The notes below the pieces were generated by a model. The model worked only from the letters and a program-made list of their open reading frames with translations. It did not search any database and had not been told where the DNA came from. Shown piece by piece: positions 18,824-27,354 of a stretch of DNA of 64,000 bases. A program made the position numbers and the translations under genes. This DNA comes from Candidatus Sumerlaeia bacterium. GTDB taxonomy: Bacteria > Sumerlaeota > Sumerlaeia > SLMS01 > JANRJK01. The stretch's first letter is position 1, and each line of letters opens with the position of its first letter. The stretch spans positions 1-64,000 of the forward strand of contig JANRJK010000021.1 of assembly GCA_033764015.1 (NCBI GenBank). The letters run 5' to 3'.

Positions 18824-19615
18824 ATGCGCACCGCCGCCGCACAGCTCGCCGCGACGCTCTTCGCCGCCGCCGCCCCGGCCCAATTCCCCGAAGGCATCAC
18901 ACCGCCCGTGCCCACCGCGCCCTACACCGCTGTCCACTACCCCGCCGCGGCGGACGCCGCCGGATACATCGCCCGCACGGTCAACCGCGCCGCCGAGACC
19001 GCCGGAGTCGCGCATGTGTTCGTCGCGGAAGGCGACGCCGCCGCGCTCGCCGCCGCGGCCGCCCCCGCCGGGAAGCTGGCCTCCGTGGTCGCGGCGACCG
19101 AGACCGCGCCTTCGCGCCCCGCCGTCGTCCTGTACGACAAGGCCGGGAAGGAACTCGCCCGCCTCGAGGGCGGCGACACCGCGAACCTCGGGGACACCAT
19201 CCGCCGCATCGCCCGCGACGGCGCCGCGGCGCACCAGAACGTCGCCAAGAAGGGGGAACTCGCCATCTCGGGCTACGATCCCGTCTCCTACTTCGACGGC
19301 ACGCCGTCGAAAGGCTCGGAAACGATCACCTCCTGGTACGACGGCGCCACGTACCGTTTCGCGAACGAAGGGAACCGCGCCAAGTTCGCCGCCGATCCGG
19401 TGGCCTTCGCTCCCGCCTACGGTGGCTGGTGCGCCTACGCGATGGTCGATGGCGAGAAGGTCGACGTGGACCCCAAGACGTACAAAATCAGCGAAGGGCG
19501 CCTGCTGCTGTTCTACAACGGCCTGCTGGGCAACACACTGAAGAAGTGGAACAAGGCGGACGAGGCGGACCAGCTTTCGAAGGCGGACGCGAACTGGGAC
19601 CGGACGACTCGCTGA
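18824..19615 (+). CDS. Exported YHS-domain protein (Cys form of the YHS selenoprotein-like family)
   Basis: Signal peptide, AISGYDPVSYF, YRFANEGNRAKFAADP, PAYGGWCAYAM, ADANW. Confidence 0.85.
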   Translation: MRTAAAQLAATLFAAAAPAQFPEGITPPVPTAPYTAVHYPAAADAAGYIARTVNRAAETAGVAHVFVAEGDAAALAAAAAPAGKLASVVAATETAPSRPAVVLYDKAGKELARLEGGDTANLGDTIRRIARDGAAAHQNVAKKGELAISGYDPVSYFDGTPSKGSETITSWYDGATYRFANEGNRAKFAADPVAFAPAYGGWCAYAMVDGEKVDVDPKTYKISEGRLLLFYNGLLGNTLKKWNKADEADQLSKADANWDRTTR

Positions 19616-19635
19616 TTATTCGCCTGCAAGTAGCC

Positions 19636-19674
19636 ATGTTTGGGATGCCAAACATTTCCTTGCGCCACAAACAT
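19636..19674. promoter_or_regulatory. Palindromic operator-like site upstream of the pilin gene
   Basis: ATGTTTGGgATGCCAAACAT (19636-19655) is one base from a perfect 20-bp palindrome; an extra CAAACAT half-site lies at 19668-19674. Confidence 0.55.
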
Positions 19675-19724
19675 CGGCCCACGGAAGGTCCCCCCACCAA
19701 ACCGAAAGGACGGGACCTTCCCCT

Positions 19725-20447
19725 TTGTTCAGCCAGCGCTCCGGCGCCTTCACCCTTATCGAGCTGCTGATCGTAGTCGCGATCATCGCCATCCTCGCCG
19801 CGATCGCGGTGCCGAACTTCCTCGAGGCGCAGGTGCGCGCGAAAGTGAGCCGGGTCCAGAGCGACCTGCGCTCGCTCGCCACCGCGCTCGAGGCGTACCG
19901 CGTGGACTTCAACCGCTACCCGGAAGGGACCGACACGCTGGCGAAGATGCCGGAGCAGGCGGTGGCGTTCTTCGGGCCGCTGGCGGGGGGCTACTACACC
20001 TGGGCGACGCGGAACCCGAGCGGGGCGGTGGCGGGGCGGGACTTCGCGACGCTCACCACGCCGGTGGCGTTCATCACGTCGCTGCCGCTTGACCCATTCG
20101 CGGCGCAGGTGGGCGGCAACGTCACCTACGCCTACCGCGATGCGAAGGCGCGCGGCGACGGCTACGTGCTGACCAGCTTCGGCCCGGACGCGGACGTGCT
20201 GTCGCCCGGGGGTGTCGGGACGGTGAACACGAACCCGCTGTCGACGCGGTCGGACACGAAGGCGCCGGCGCGGCTGGGCGACATCAACGAGCGCGCGGTG
20301 ATCGAGGTGGTCGAGCGGACGAACGCGGGGCTGATCGCGAACGTGAACGCGGGCTACGGCTCGCTCCTCGGCGCGATGGAGGACCTCCGCTACGATCCGA
20401 CGAACGGGACGGCGAGCGACGGCGACCTGTACCGGGTGGCGCCGTGA
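19725..20447 (+). CDS. Type IV pilin/pseudopilin with prepilin cleavage-methylation motif
   Basis: SGA|FTLIELLIVVAIIAILAAIAVPNF, DPF, SFGPD, C-terminal YDPTNGTASDGD. TTG start. Confidence 0.9.
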   Translation: MFSQRSGAFTLIELLIVVAIIAILAAIAVPNFLEAQVRAKVSRVQSDLRSLATALEAYRVDFNRYPEGTDTLAKMPEQAVAFFGPLAGGYYTWATRNPSGAVAGRDFATLTTPVAFITSLPLDPFAAQVGGNVTYAYRDAKARGDGYVLTSFGPDADVLSPGGVGTVNTNPLSTRSDTKAPARLGDINERAVIEVVERTNAGLIANVNAGYGSLLGAMEDLRYDPTNGTASDGDLYRVAP

Positions 20448-20455
20448 GGGCCGTC

Positions 20456-20482
20456 GGCCGGAAGCGCGCGGCGCTTCCGGCC
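20456..20482 (+). terminator. Probable terminator hairpin after the pilin gene
   Basis: ggccggaagcgc-gcg-gcgcttccggcc: 12-bp stem followed by an AT-rich stretch. Confidence 0.55.
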
Positions 20483-20591
20483 AGTAAAGCCTTTTCGCGT
20501 CTTACTTGACCCCTCCGGCACGGGGCGCGCTCAATCGTGGGCACGCTCGGCGCCGGTCTTCGCGCGCCCATCAAACCGGAAGGCAGTGGCC

Positions 20592-21902
20592 ATGGCACAG
20601 TCGGCAAAGCTGGTCGTCGGCGATAAGACCTACGAACTCCCCATCGTGACGGGAACCGAGGCCGAGCCGGCCTTGGACATTAGTAAGCTGCGCGCCCAGT
20701 CCGGCATGATCACGCTCGACGAAGGCTACGGCAACACGGGCTCCTGCGAGTCGAAGGTGACCTTCATCGACGGCGAGCAGGGCATCCTCCGGTACCGCGG
20801 CATCCCGATCGAGGAGATGGCCGAGAAGTCCTCGTTCCTCGAGTCCGCCTACATGCTGATCTGGGGCGAGCTTCCCTCGGAGAAGGAGCTGACGCGCTTC
20901 CGCGACCAGATCAACGAGCACTCGATGCTGCACGAGTCGATGAAGATGCACTTCGACGGCTTCCCGCCGACGGCGCATCCGATGGCGATCCTGTCGTCGA
21001 TGATCAACGCGCTGTCGTGCTTCTACCCGCACCTGGACGAGTTGCAGGAGGGGCGGGACTTCGAGGAGGCGGTGGTGCGCCTGATGGGGCAGACGCGCGC
21101 GATCGCGGCCTACTCCTACAAGGCGAGCGTGGGCGAGCCGTTCGTCTACCCGCGCCCCGACATGCGCTACGCGGCGAACCTGCTGCACATGATGTTCACG
21201 CGGCCGTACCGCGACTACGTGCCGCCGACGGAGATCGCCGAAGCGCTGGACCTGATCTTCCTGCTGCACGCGGACCACGAGCAGAACTGCTCGACGTCGA
21301 CGGTGCGCATGGTGGGTTCGAGCCGCGCGAACCTGTTCGCGTCGGTGGCCGCCGGCGTCTGCGCGCTCTGGGGGCCGCTGCACGGCGGCGCCAACCAGGA
21401 GGTGCTGCGCATGCTCCAGGAGATCAAGGACTCGGGCATCTCGGTGAAGAACATCGTGGCGAAGGCGAAGCAGAAGGACTCGGGCTTCCGCCTGTTCGGC
21501 TTCGGGCACCGCGTTTACAAGAACTTCGATCCGCGCGCGAAGATCATCAAGTCCGCCTGCGACCGCGTGCTGGCCAAGATCGGCGCCGTGGACCCGTTGC
21601 TGGACATCGCGAAGGAGCTGGAGGAGGCGGCGCTGCACGACGAGTACTTCATCGAGCGCAAGCTGTACCCGAACGTCGACTTCTACAGCGGCATCATCAT
21701 GCGCGCCATCGGCATCCCGATCAACATGTTCACGGTGATGTTCGCGATCGGCCGCATGCCGGGCTGGATCGCGAACTGGAAGGAGGTGCGCGAGGGCAAC
21801 TCGCGCATCAACCGGCCGCGGCAGATCTACCAGGGGCCGACGCTGCGCACCTACGAGTCCGCCCGCGAGAAGGGCGGTTTGTCGACCGTCACCTCGCGCT
21901 AA
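20592..21902 (+). CDS. gltA: Citrate synthase
   Basis: GILRYRGIPI, HADHEQNCSTS, GPLHGGAN, GFGHRVYKNFDPRA, LYPNVDFYSG. Confidence 0.97.
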   Translation: MAQSAKLVVGDKTYELPIVTGTEAEPALDISKLRAQSGMITLDEGYGNTGSCESKVTFIDGEQGILRYRGIPIEEMAEKSSFLESAYMLIWGELPSEKELTRFRDQINEHSMLHESMKMHFDGFPPTAHPMAILSSMINALSCFYPHLDELQEGRDFEEAVVRLMGQTRAIAAYSYKASVGEPFVYPRPDMRYAANLLHMMFTRPYRDYVPPTEIAEALDLIFLLHADHEQNCSTSTVRMVGSSRANLFASVAAGVCALWGPLHGGANQEVLRMLQEIKDSGISVKNIVAKAKQKDSGFRLFGFGHRVYKNFDPRAKIIKSACDRVLAKIGAVDPLLDIAKELEEAALHDEYFIERKLYPNVDFYSGIIMRAIGIPINMFTVMFAIGRMPGWIANWKEVREGNSRINRPRQIYQGPTLRTYESAREKGGLSTVTSR

Positions 21903-21923
21903 GGCGCGGTCCGCTGATTGTTT

Positions 21924-21959
21924 GCGTAGCGGCCCAGGAGCGATCCGGGGCCGCTACGC
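21924..21959. terminator. Hairpin between convergent gltA and the GGDEF gene (likely bidirectional terminator)
   Basis: gcgtagcggccc...gggccgctacgc: 12-bp stem plus an inner gga/tcc pair. Confidence 0.6.
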
Positions 21960-24101
21960 GTTGAGGGGCTTGCGCGCCGCCGCGGCCGGGGGCTCGGCGT
22001 GCGCCGCGAACAGCGCCGCCACGACGCCGGGGTCGAACGCGCGGCCGGACTCCGCCGCCAGCGCCTCGCGCGCCTGCGCGGCGCTGCGCGCGGGGCGGTA
22101 GGGCCGTTCGAGCTGCATCGTGTGGAACGAGTCGGCGGCGAAGAGGATCCTGGCGCCGAGCGGGATCTCCGCTCCGCGGAGCTCGCCGGGGAACGCGGGG
22201 GGCGCTGCGTCCACGCGCCCGTCCCAGCGTTCGCGCTGGGAGCGCAGGATGCCGCATACGTCGCCGAGGTAGCTAACCTCGCGGATCAGCTCCTCGCCGA
22301 GGCGCACGTGGCTCTGCACCGTCAGGTACTCCTGCGGCGAGAGCGGCGAGACGCGGTTGAGCAGGACTCCGGGAATGGAGATCTTGCCGACCTCGTGGAC
22401 GATGGCGGCGAGGTGCAGCGCCTCGAGCTCCGAGGGCGTCATCTCGAGGGCTCGCCCGACCGCGAGCGCGGTGGTGGCGACCTCGCGCGCGTGGCGGAGG
22501 TAGCCGGGCTGCTTTTCGACGAGCACCGCGAGGAGCTTCCCGAGGTAGTGGTCCCAGCGGCCGATGTCCTCGTGGCGCGCCTCGGAGAGGACGCGGAGCA
22601 GCTCGGCGCGGACCTGGGCCTCCTTGTGGGCGTAGAGCGCGGAGTCGGCCTCGGAGAGCAGCTTGTCGGCGTCCTCGGCGGAGGCGGTGCGGACGCCGAG
22701 GGAGAGGCGGAAGGTCCACTTCTCGCGTCCGAGGGTAGCCTGCTGGCGGTCGATCTCGGCGAGGATGCGGTTGCGGATGGCGCGTCCGGCGGCCTCTTCC
22801 GCGCCGGGCATGAGGACGACGAACTCGTCGCCGCCGAAGCGCGCGACGAAGTCCATCTCGCGCACCACCTTGGTGAGGAGGCCCGCCGTCTGGCGGAGCA
22901 CGTCGTCGCCGACGAGGTGCCCGTGCAGGTCGTTGAGCTCCTTGAAGCGGTCGATGTCGACCATGAGGATGGTGATCGGGGTGAGGTGGCGCTGGGCGCG
23001 GGCCACCTCGCGGCGGAGCGCGGAGTCGAACGCGCGGCGGTTGCCGAGGCCCGTGAGCGGGTCCTGGTCCGCGAGGCGCCCGACGTGCGACAGCAGCCGG
23101 GCGGATTCGAGCCGCGCGGCGACGTTGTTGGCGAAGAGCGAGAGCGACACCAGGCGGGACGGGGAGACCTGGACGCAGTTCTCGCCGTGGTCGGCGTAGA
23201 GCACGCCGGTGGCGCGCCCGTCGACGAGGAGCGGAAGGCACACGGCGTGGTGCCGGGGGGCGCCCCGCGCGGCGTCGGCGAAGACCGGTTCCGTGTGCGC
23301 CTCGAGCCAGCGGACGCCGGCCTCGCGGTAGGTGGTGGCGAGGAGCGCCTTGCGCTCGGCGAGCGAGACGCGGACCGGCATGCCGCTGCCCTCCATGCCG
23401 GCGGAGCCGGCGACCACGAGGTCCGTCTCGTGCGGATTGAAGAGCGTGACGACGGAGCGGTCGAAGCCGAGGCGCTCGACGAGGATCTCGCAGGCGGACT
23501 GGGCGACGGTGCGCGGGTCGTCGCCGCCTTCGAGCATGGTGGCGGCCTCGAAGATCTCCTGCATGTTGTTGGTCGTCATGCGGAGCATTTCGAGTTCGCG
23601 GCAGGTGGAGAGGACGTTCTGGGCGGCGCGGCGCAGGTCGTGCAGCAGGAGGCGCTGGTTGGGCTGGAAGCTGGAGAGCGGCGCGTCGAAGCCGAGGACG
23701 AACGCGCCGGCGTTGACGCCCGCGATGGCGCGGAGCGGGATCAGCGCCACCGCGGCGGGATGCTCGCCGGGGAGGCTGAGGCCGGCCTCCTCGAGCCAGC
23801 CGGTGACGTTCCGCGAGACGACGACCTCGTCGGAGAGCGCGAGGGCGAACTCCTCGATGGGGTGCTTGCCCGCGGCCGCGGGGCGGTGGTGCGTGACGTT
23901 GCCGATCCGTTCGACGCGCAGCCGCACATCGGGCGAATAGGGATGGGCCATGACGAGGCGCGCGTTGACGACGCGGGCGCCGAAGGTGCGCTCGACGCCG
24001 TGCGCGACGGCGCCGAGCAGCGCGCTGAAGTCGTGCGCCGCGAGCACGCCCTCCCGCAGGAGGCTGCGCTCCGTGTCGGTGGCCGTCGGCTCGAGGTGCA
24101 T
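21954..24101 (-). CDS. Diguanylate cyclase: GAF-like sensors, GGDEF, degenerate HD-GYP
   Basis: DPLTGLGNRR, DIDRFKELND, I-site REMD, RFGGDEF. C-terminal HD-GYP-like region with HEVGK, QRERWDG and IPLGARIL. Confidence 0.9.
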   Translation of the reverse strand: MHLEPTATDTERSLLREGVLAAHDFSALLGAVAHGVERTFGARVVNARLVMAHPYSPDVRLRVERIGNVTHHRPAAAGKHPIEEFALALSDEVVVSRNVTGWLEEAGLSLPGEHPAAVALIPLRAIAGVNAGAFVLGFDAPLSSFQPNQRLLLHDLRRAAQNVLSTCRELEMLRMTTNNMQEIFEAATMLEGGDDPRTVAQSACEILVERLGFDRSVVTLFNPHETDLVVAGSAGMEGSGMPVRVSLAERKALLATTYREAGVRWLEAHTEPVFADAARGAPRHHAVCLPLLVDGRATGVLYADHGENCVQVSPSRLVSLSLFANNVAARLESARLLSHVGRLADQDPLTGLGNRRAFDSALRREVARAQRHLTPITILMVDIDRFKELNDLHGHLVGDDVLRQTAGLLTKVVREMDFVARFGGDEFVVLMPGAEEAAGRAIRNRILAEIDRQQATLGREKWTFRLSLGVRTASAEDADKLLSEADSALYAHKEAQVRAELLRVLSEARHEDIGRWDHYLGKLLAVLVEKQPGYLRHAREVATTALAVGRALEMTPSELEALHLAAIVHEVGKISIPGVLLNRVSPLSPQEYLTVQSHVRLGEELIREVSYLGDVCGILRSQRERWDGRVDAAPPAFPGELRGAEIPLGARILFAADSFHTMQLERPYRPARSAAQAREALAAESGRAFDPGVVAALFAAHAEPPAAAARKPLNA

Positions 24102-24111
24102 CGCGACTCCG

Positions 24112-25290
24112 TCAGACGGTGGCGTGCGACTTCGTGAACGTCTCGGTGGGGATGTCGGCGACCGCGGCGCCGGTGGGCGCCGTCCCCGGCAGGAGCTGGA
24201 TCGACTTGAGGCGCCGAAGGATGTCGTGGAGCAGGTCGACCTTCTCGCGGTGGTGCAGGAATGAGCTCTTCACCGTGAAGACGATGATGTCCTTCAGCTC
24301 CTCGAGGGAGAAGTTGTGGACCTCGTGGGCGAGGAGGAACTCGTCCGTGAGCGTCGTGCCGGAGACCAGGACGTTGTCGGTGCAGAGGCAGACGCGCAGG
24401 CCGTAGTCGTAGTACATGCGGAGCGGGTGGAAGCGGAGGTCGGGCGTGGCGTTGGTCTGGCGGTTGGAGGTGAGGCAGATCTCGAGGGGCGTGCGGTGGT
24501 CGGCGCAGTAGTTGAGCAAGTCGCCGTCCTCCTTGAGGCGGACGGCGTGGCCGAGGCGGTGGGCTCCGCAGAAGTGGAGCGCCTGGCTGATGGACTCGGG
24601 GCCGTAGGCCTCGCCGGCGTGGATCGTGATGTTGACGTTGTTGCGCAGGACGAGCTGGAAGGCCTCGCGGTGGTCGAGGGCGGGGTTGCCGGCCTCGGCG
24701 CCGGCGAGGTCGAAGCCGACGACGCCTCGGTGCTTGTACATGACGCAGAGCTCGGCCATGAGGACCGAGTACTTGGGGTCGCTCATGCGCATGGCGCAGA
24801 CGATGACGCCGCTGCGGATGCCGAAGTCGCGCTCCGCCTCGCGCAGGCCGTCGAGGACGGCGTCGAGCACGGAGGTGAGGCGCATGCCGCGCTGCTGGTG
24901 CAGGATCGGCGCGAAGCGCACCTCGAGGTAGACGACGTTGTCCTTCGCGGCGTCCTCGGCCATTTCGTAGGCGGCGCGCTTGAGCGACTCGTAGTCCTGC
25001 AGCACCGACAGCGTGATGTCGAAGGCCTTCAGGTATTCGACGAGCGAGCGGACCTTGTCCTGCACCATCACCTTGCGGAGCTCCGCGGCGTCGAAACTGG
25101 GGAGGGAGACCCCCTGCTTGCGGGCGAGCTCGATGATGGTTTCGACGCGCATGGAGCCGTCGAGGTGGCAGTGGAGCTCGGCCTTCGGGAGGCTGTGGAG
25201 GATTTCGCGGGTGAGTGCCTGGTGGGACATGCCTGCCTGCTTGTGCGGGTTATATTCGAGAAGGAAAGTCTTCATTCGCGATTGCTCCAT
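24112..25290 (-). CDS. add: Adenosine deaminase
   Basis: LPKAELHCHLDGS, GFDLAGAE, TIHAGE, RLGHA, EICLTSN, CTDN. Start uncertain (25290, 25275 or 25230). Confidence 0.92.
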   Translation of the reverse strand: MEQSRMKTFLLEYNPHKQAGMSHQALTREILHSLPKAELHCHLDGSMRVETIIELARKQGVSLPSFDAAELRKVMVQDKVRSLVEYLKAFDITLSVLQDYESLKRAAYEMAEDAAKDNVVYLEVRFAPILHQQRGMRLTSVLDAVLDGLREAERDFGIRSGVIVCAMRMSDPKYSVLMAELCVMYKHRGVVGFDLAGAEAGNPALDHREAFQLVLRNNVNITIHAGEAYGPESISQALHFCGAHRLGHAVRLKEDGDLLNYCADHRTPLEICLTSNRQTNATPDLRFHPLRMYYDYGLRVCLCTDNVLVSGTTLTDEFLLAHEVHNFSLEELKDIIVFTVKSSFLHHREKVDLLHDILRRLKSIQLLPGTAPTGAAVADIPTETFTKSHATV

Positions 25291-25350
25291 TCAGGGAAGA
25301 CTTCGACCGCCGTTCCGTCAACCGGTTCCTGTCCCGTTGGGGCGCGCCGT

Positions 25351-26469
25351 TCACGCGAAGCGGCTGCGGACCAGCAGCCCCGTTCCGAGGATCGCGAAGA
25401 GGGCGTGGGGTGCCCACGCCGCGACCGGCGGAGGGAGCGCCCCCGCGTGGCCGAGTGATCTTCCGACAATGAGCGTGACGAAGATGGCGATGAGCCAGAT
25501 GAGCCCGCCGCCGAGGTTCACCAGCACGCCGGCGTGGCCGGGGCGCACCCCGTGCGCGGCGGCGAGGAGCGCCACGAGGAGCGTGGCGAGCGGGATCGAG
25601 AGCTTCAGGTGCAGCTCCGTCGCGAGGACCGGGTCGCGGGGGGATTGGCGCTCCATGACGGCGAGGTAGGAGCGGAGCTCGCGGAACGTCATGCGCTCGG
25701 GCTTCACGGTGGTTTCGAGCAGTTGGCCGATGGAGGGATCGAGCGGGGGATCGAGTTCGCGGCTCTCGAGCGAGTCGAGCCGCTCGAAGGCGGTGACCTC
25801 GCCGTCGGCGTCGAAGGTCCAGCGGCGGACCTGTTCGAAGCGCCAGGAGGGGTCCTGGCGGGCGCCGCCCCAGACCGCGGTGGCCGCTTCGAGCCGGCTG
25901 CGGACCGTGCCCGTCTCCGGATCGAGGTCGACCAGCTTGGGGAACTCCATCCAGCGCGACTGGCTGTCGTAGGAGGCGACGCGGAGGTAGCGTCCGGGAC
26001 CGACGCGGAGGATCACGTTGCGGTCGCGGGCGAGGGTGGCCTCGGGCTTCTGCTGGATGTGGAGCTTCTCGACGCGGTAGGCCTGCGCGACCGCGGCGGG
26101 TGCGGCGTACTCGTTCACGCCGAGGGCGGCGAGGCTGATGACGAAGGCGGCGAGCAGGAAGGGCCTCGCGATGCGGTGCGGACGCACGCCGCCGCAAAGG
26201 TACGCGAGCAGTTCGTTCGCGCGGGCCTTCTGGGCGAGCACCCAGAGGGTGGCGACGGCGGTGCAGACCGGCAGGATGTACGCCGCGTTGGTCGGCAGCG
26301 TGAGCAGGAAATAGAAGAGCACCCAGCCGAGGCGGGAGCCTCCCTCGCCGAAGACGAAGCGGTAGTAGTCGAGCAGCGTGGTCACCAGCAGCATCACGAG
26401 GATGAGCGAGAGGACCGCCAGGAAGACCTGGATGAAGGAGCGGAGCATGTCGCGGTCGAGCAGCGGCAT
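25351..26469 (-). CDS. LPS export ABC transporter permease, LptF/LptG family
   Basis: LLDRDMLRSF, ANELLAYLCGGV, periplasmic jellyroll region, PERMTFRELRSY, ELHLKLSIPLA, AAWAPH. Confidence 0.88.
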   Translation of the reverse strand: MPLLDRDMLRSFIQVFLAVLSLILVMLLVTTLLDYYRFVFGEGGSRLGWVLFYFLLTLPTNAAYILPVCTAVATLWVLAQKARANELLAYLCGGVRPHRIARPFLLAAFVISLAALGVNEYAAPAAVAQAYRVEKLHIQQKPEATLARDRNVILRVGPGRYLRVASYDSQSRWMEFPKLVDLDPETGTVRSRLEAATAVWGGARQDPSWRFEQVRRWTFDADGEVTAFERLDSLESRELDPPLDPSIGQLLETTVKPERMTFRELRSYLAVMERQSPRDPVLATELHLKLSIPLATLLVALLAAAHGVRPGHAGVLVNLGGGLIWLIAIFVTLIVGRSLGHAGALPPPVAAWAPHALFAILGTGLLVRSRFA

Positions 26470-26475
26470 CTTGGT

Positions 26476-27189
26476 TCAGGCGGCTCCTTCGGGGCTGCGG
26501 GGCGGCGGGAACGGGTCGCCGCCGAGGTGGCGGCGCTCGTTGAGGCGCTCGAGGCGCGCCGTGCCATCGTCGTACACATCAAGCACGGTGACGCCGCAGT
26601 AGCCTAGCACAAAGGTGAAGAGGACTTCGCCGGGCCAGCGGAGCAGTCCGCCGAGGATGGCGCGCAGCGGTCCGCTGTGGGCGACGACGGCAACCACGCC
26701 GCCGGCGTGCTCCGCCAGCGCGGCGCGGACCGGGGGCATGGCGCGCGCGGCGACGTCCTCGATGTTCTCGGCCCCGGGCGAGACGCGGTGGCTCCAGCGC
26801 GCCGCCTGAAGCCGCGCGTACTCCTCCGCGTGCTGCTCCATCAGCTCGGCGATGGGGCGCCCCTGCCACTCGCCGAAGGAGCGCTCGCGCAGCCCCGCGT
26901 CGACGATGCCCGGCGCCTTCGCCCGGGTCGCGATCCGTTCGGCCAGGAAGACGGCGCGCTCGAGGTCGCTGGACAGCACCGCGGACAGCGGCGCCTTGCC
27001 GACTTCCTTCGCGGTGCGGACGGACTCCGCGCGCCCGCGGTCCGAGAGCGGCACGTCCATGGAGCCGTAGAGGATGGTCTTCGCTTCCGGCGAGACCTCG
27101 CCGTGGCGCAGCAATAGGAGGCGCGTGGCGCGGCCCCTCGGCTCGCCCCAACCCAGCGCCCGGCGGGCTTCCTTCTCCGGCTCCGTCAA
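26476..27189 (-). CDS. Histidine phosphatase family protein (CobC/PGM-like)
   Basis: LLLRHGE, DVPLSDRG, SSDLERA, LRERSFGEWQG, VVAHSG, LNERRHL. TTG start inferred. Confidence 0.85.
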   Translation of the reverse strand: MTEPEKEARRALGWGEPRGRATRLLLLRHGEVSPEAKTILYGSMDVPLSDRGRAESVRTAKEVGKAPLSAVLSSDLERAVFLAERIATRAKAPGIVDAGLRERSFGEWQGRPIAELMEQHAEEYARLQAARWSHRVSPGAENIEDVAARAMPPVRAALAEHAGGVVAVVAHSGPLRAILGGLLRWPGEVLFTFVLGYCGVTVLDVYDDGTARLERLNERRHLGGDPFPPPRSPEGAA

Positions 27190-27354
27190 CTCGTCCGCCT
27201 TCCCGCGCGCTATCCGCGCGACCCCAAGCGGGCGGCGCCGCGGGAACGGACGCAAGGGAGGTTTCAACGGCGTCGCGGGAGGACTTGAACACGCGGGGGA
27301 CGATCGGCTAGGCTCCGGCACGGATGGTTGCGACCAAGGCAAGGAGGCGGGGCG

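Noticed and set aside
19420..19445. Selenocysteine in the YHS protein
   Set aside because: The GGWC codon is TGC (Cys); there is no in-frame TGA.
19695..19722. CAAACCGAAAGGACGGGAC resembling a c-di-GMP-I (GEMM) riboswitch
   Set aside because: It lacks the following GCAAA and second stem, and the start codon follows immediately. A simple RBS hairpin explains it better.
27316..27332. GGCACGGATGGTTGC as a sigma54 promoter
   Set aside because: GG-to-GC spacing is 11 nt rather than the strict 10.
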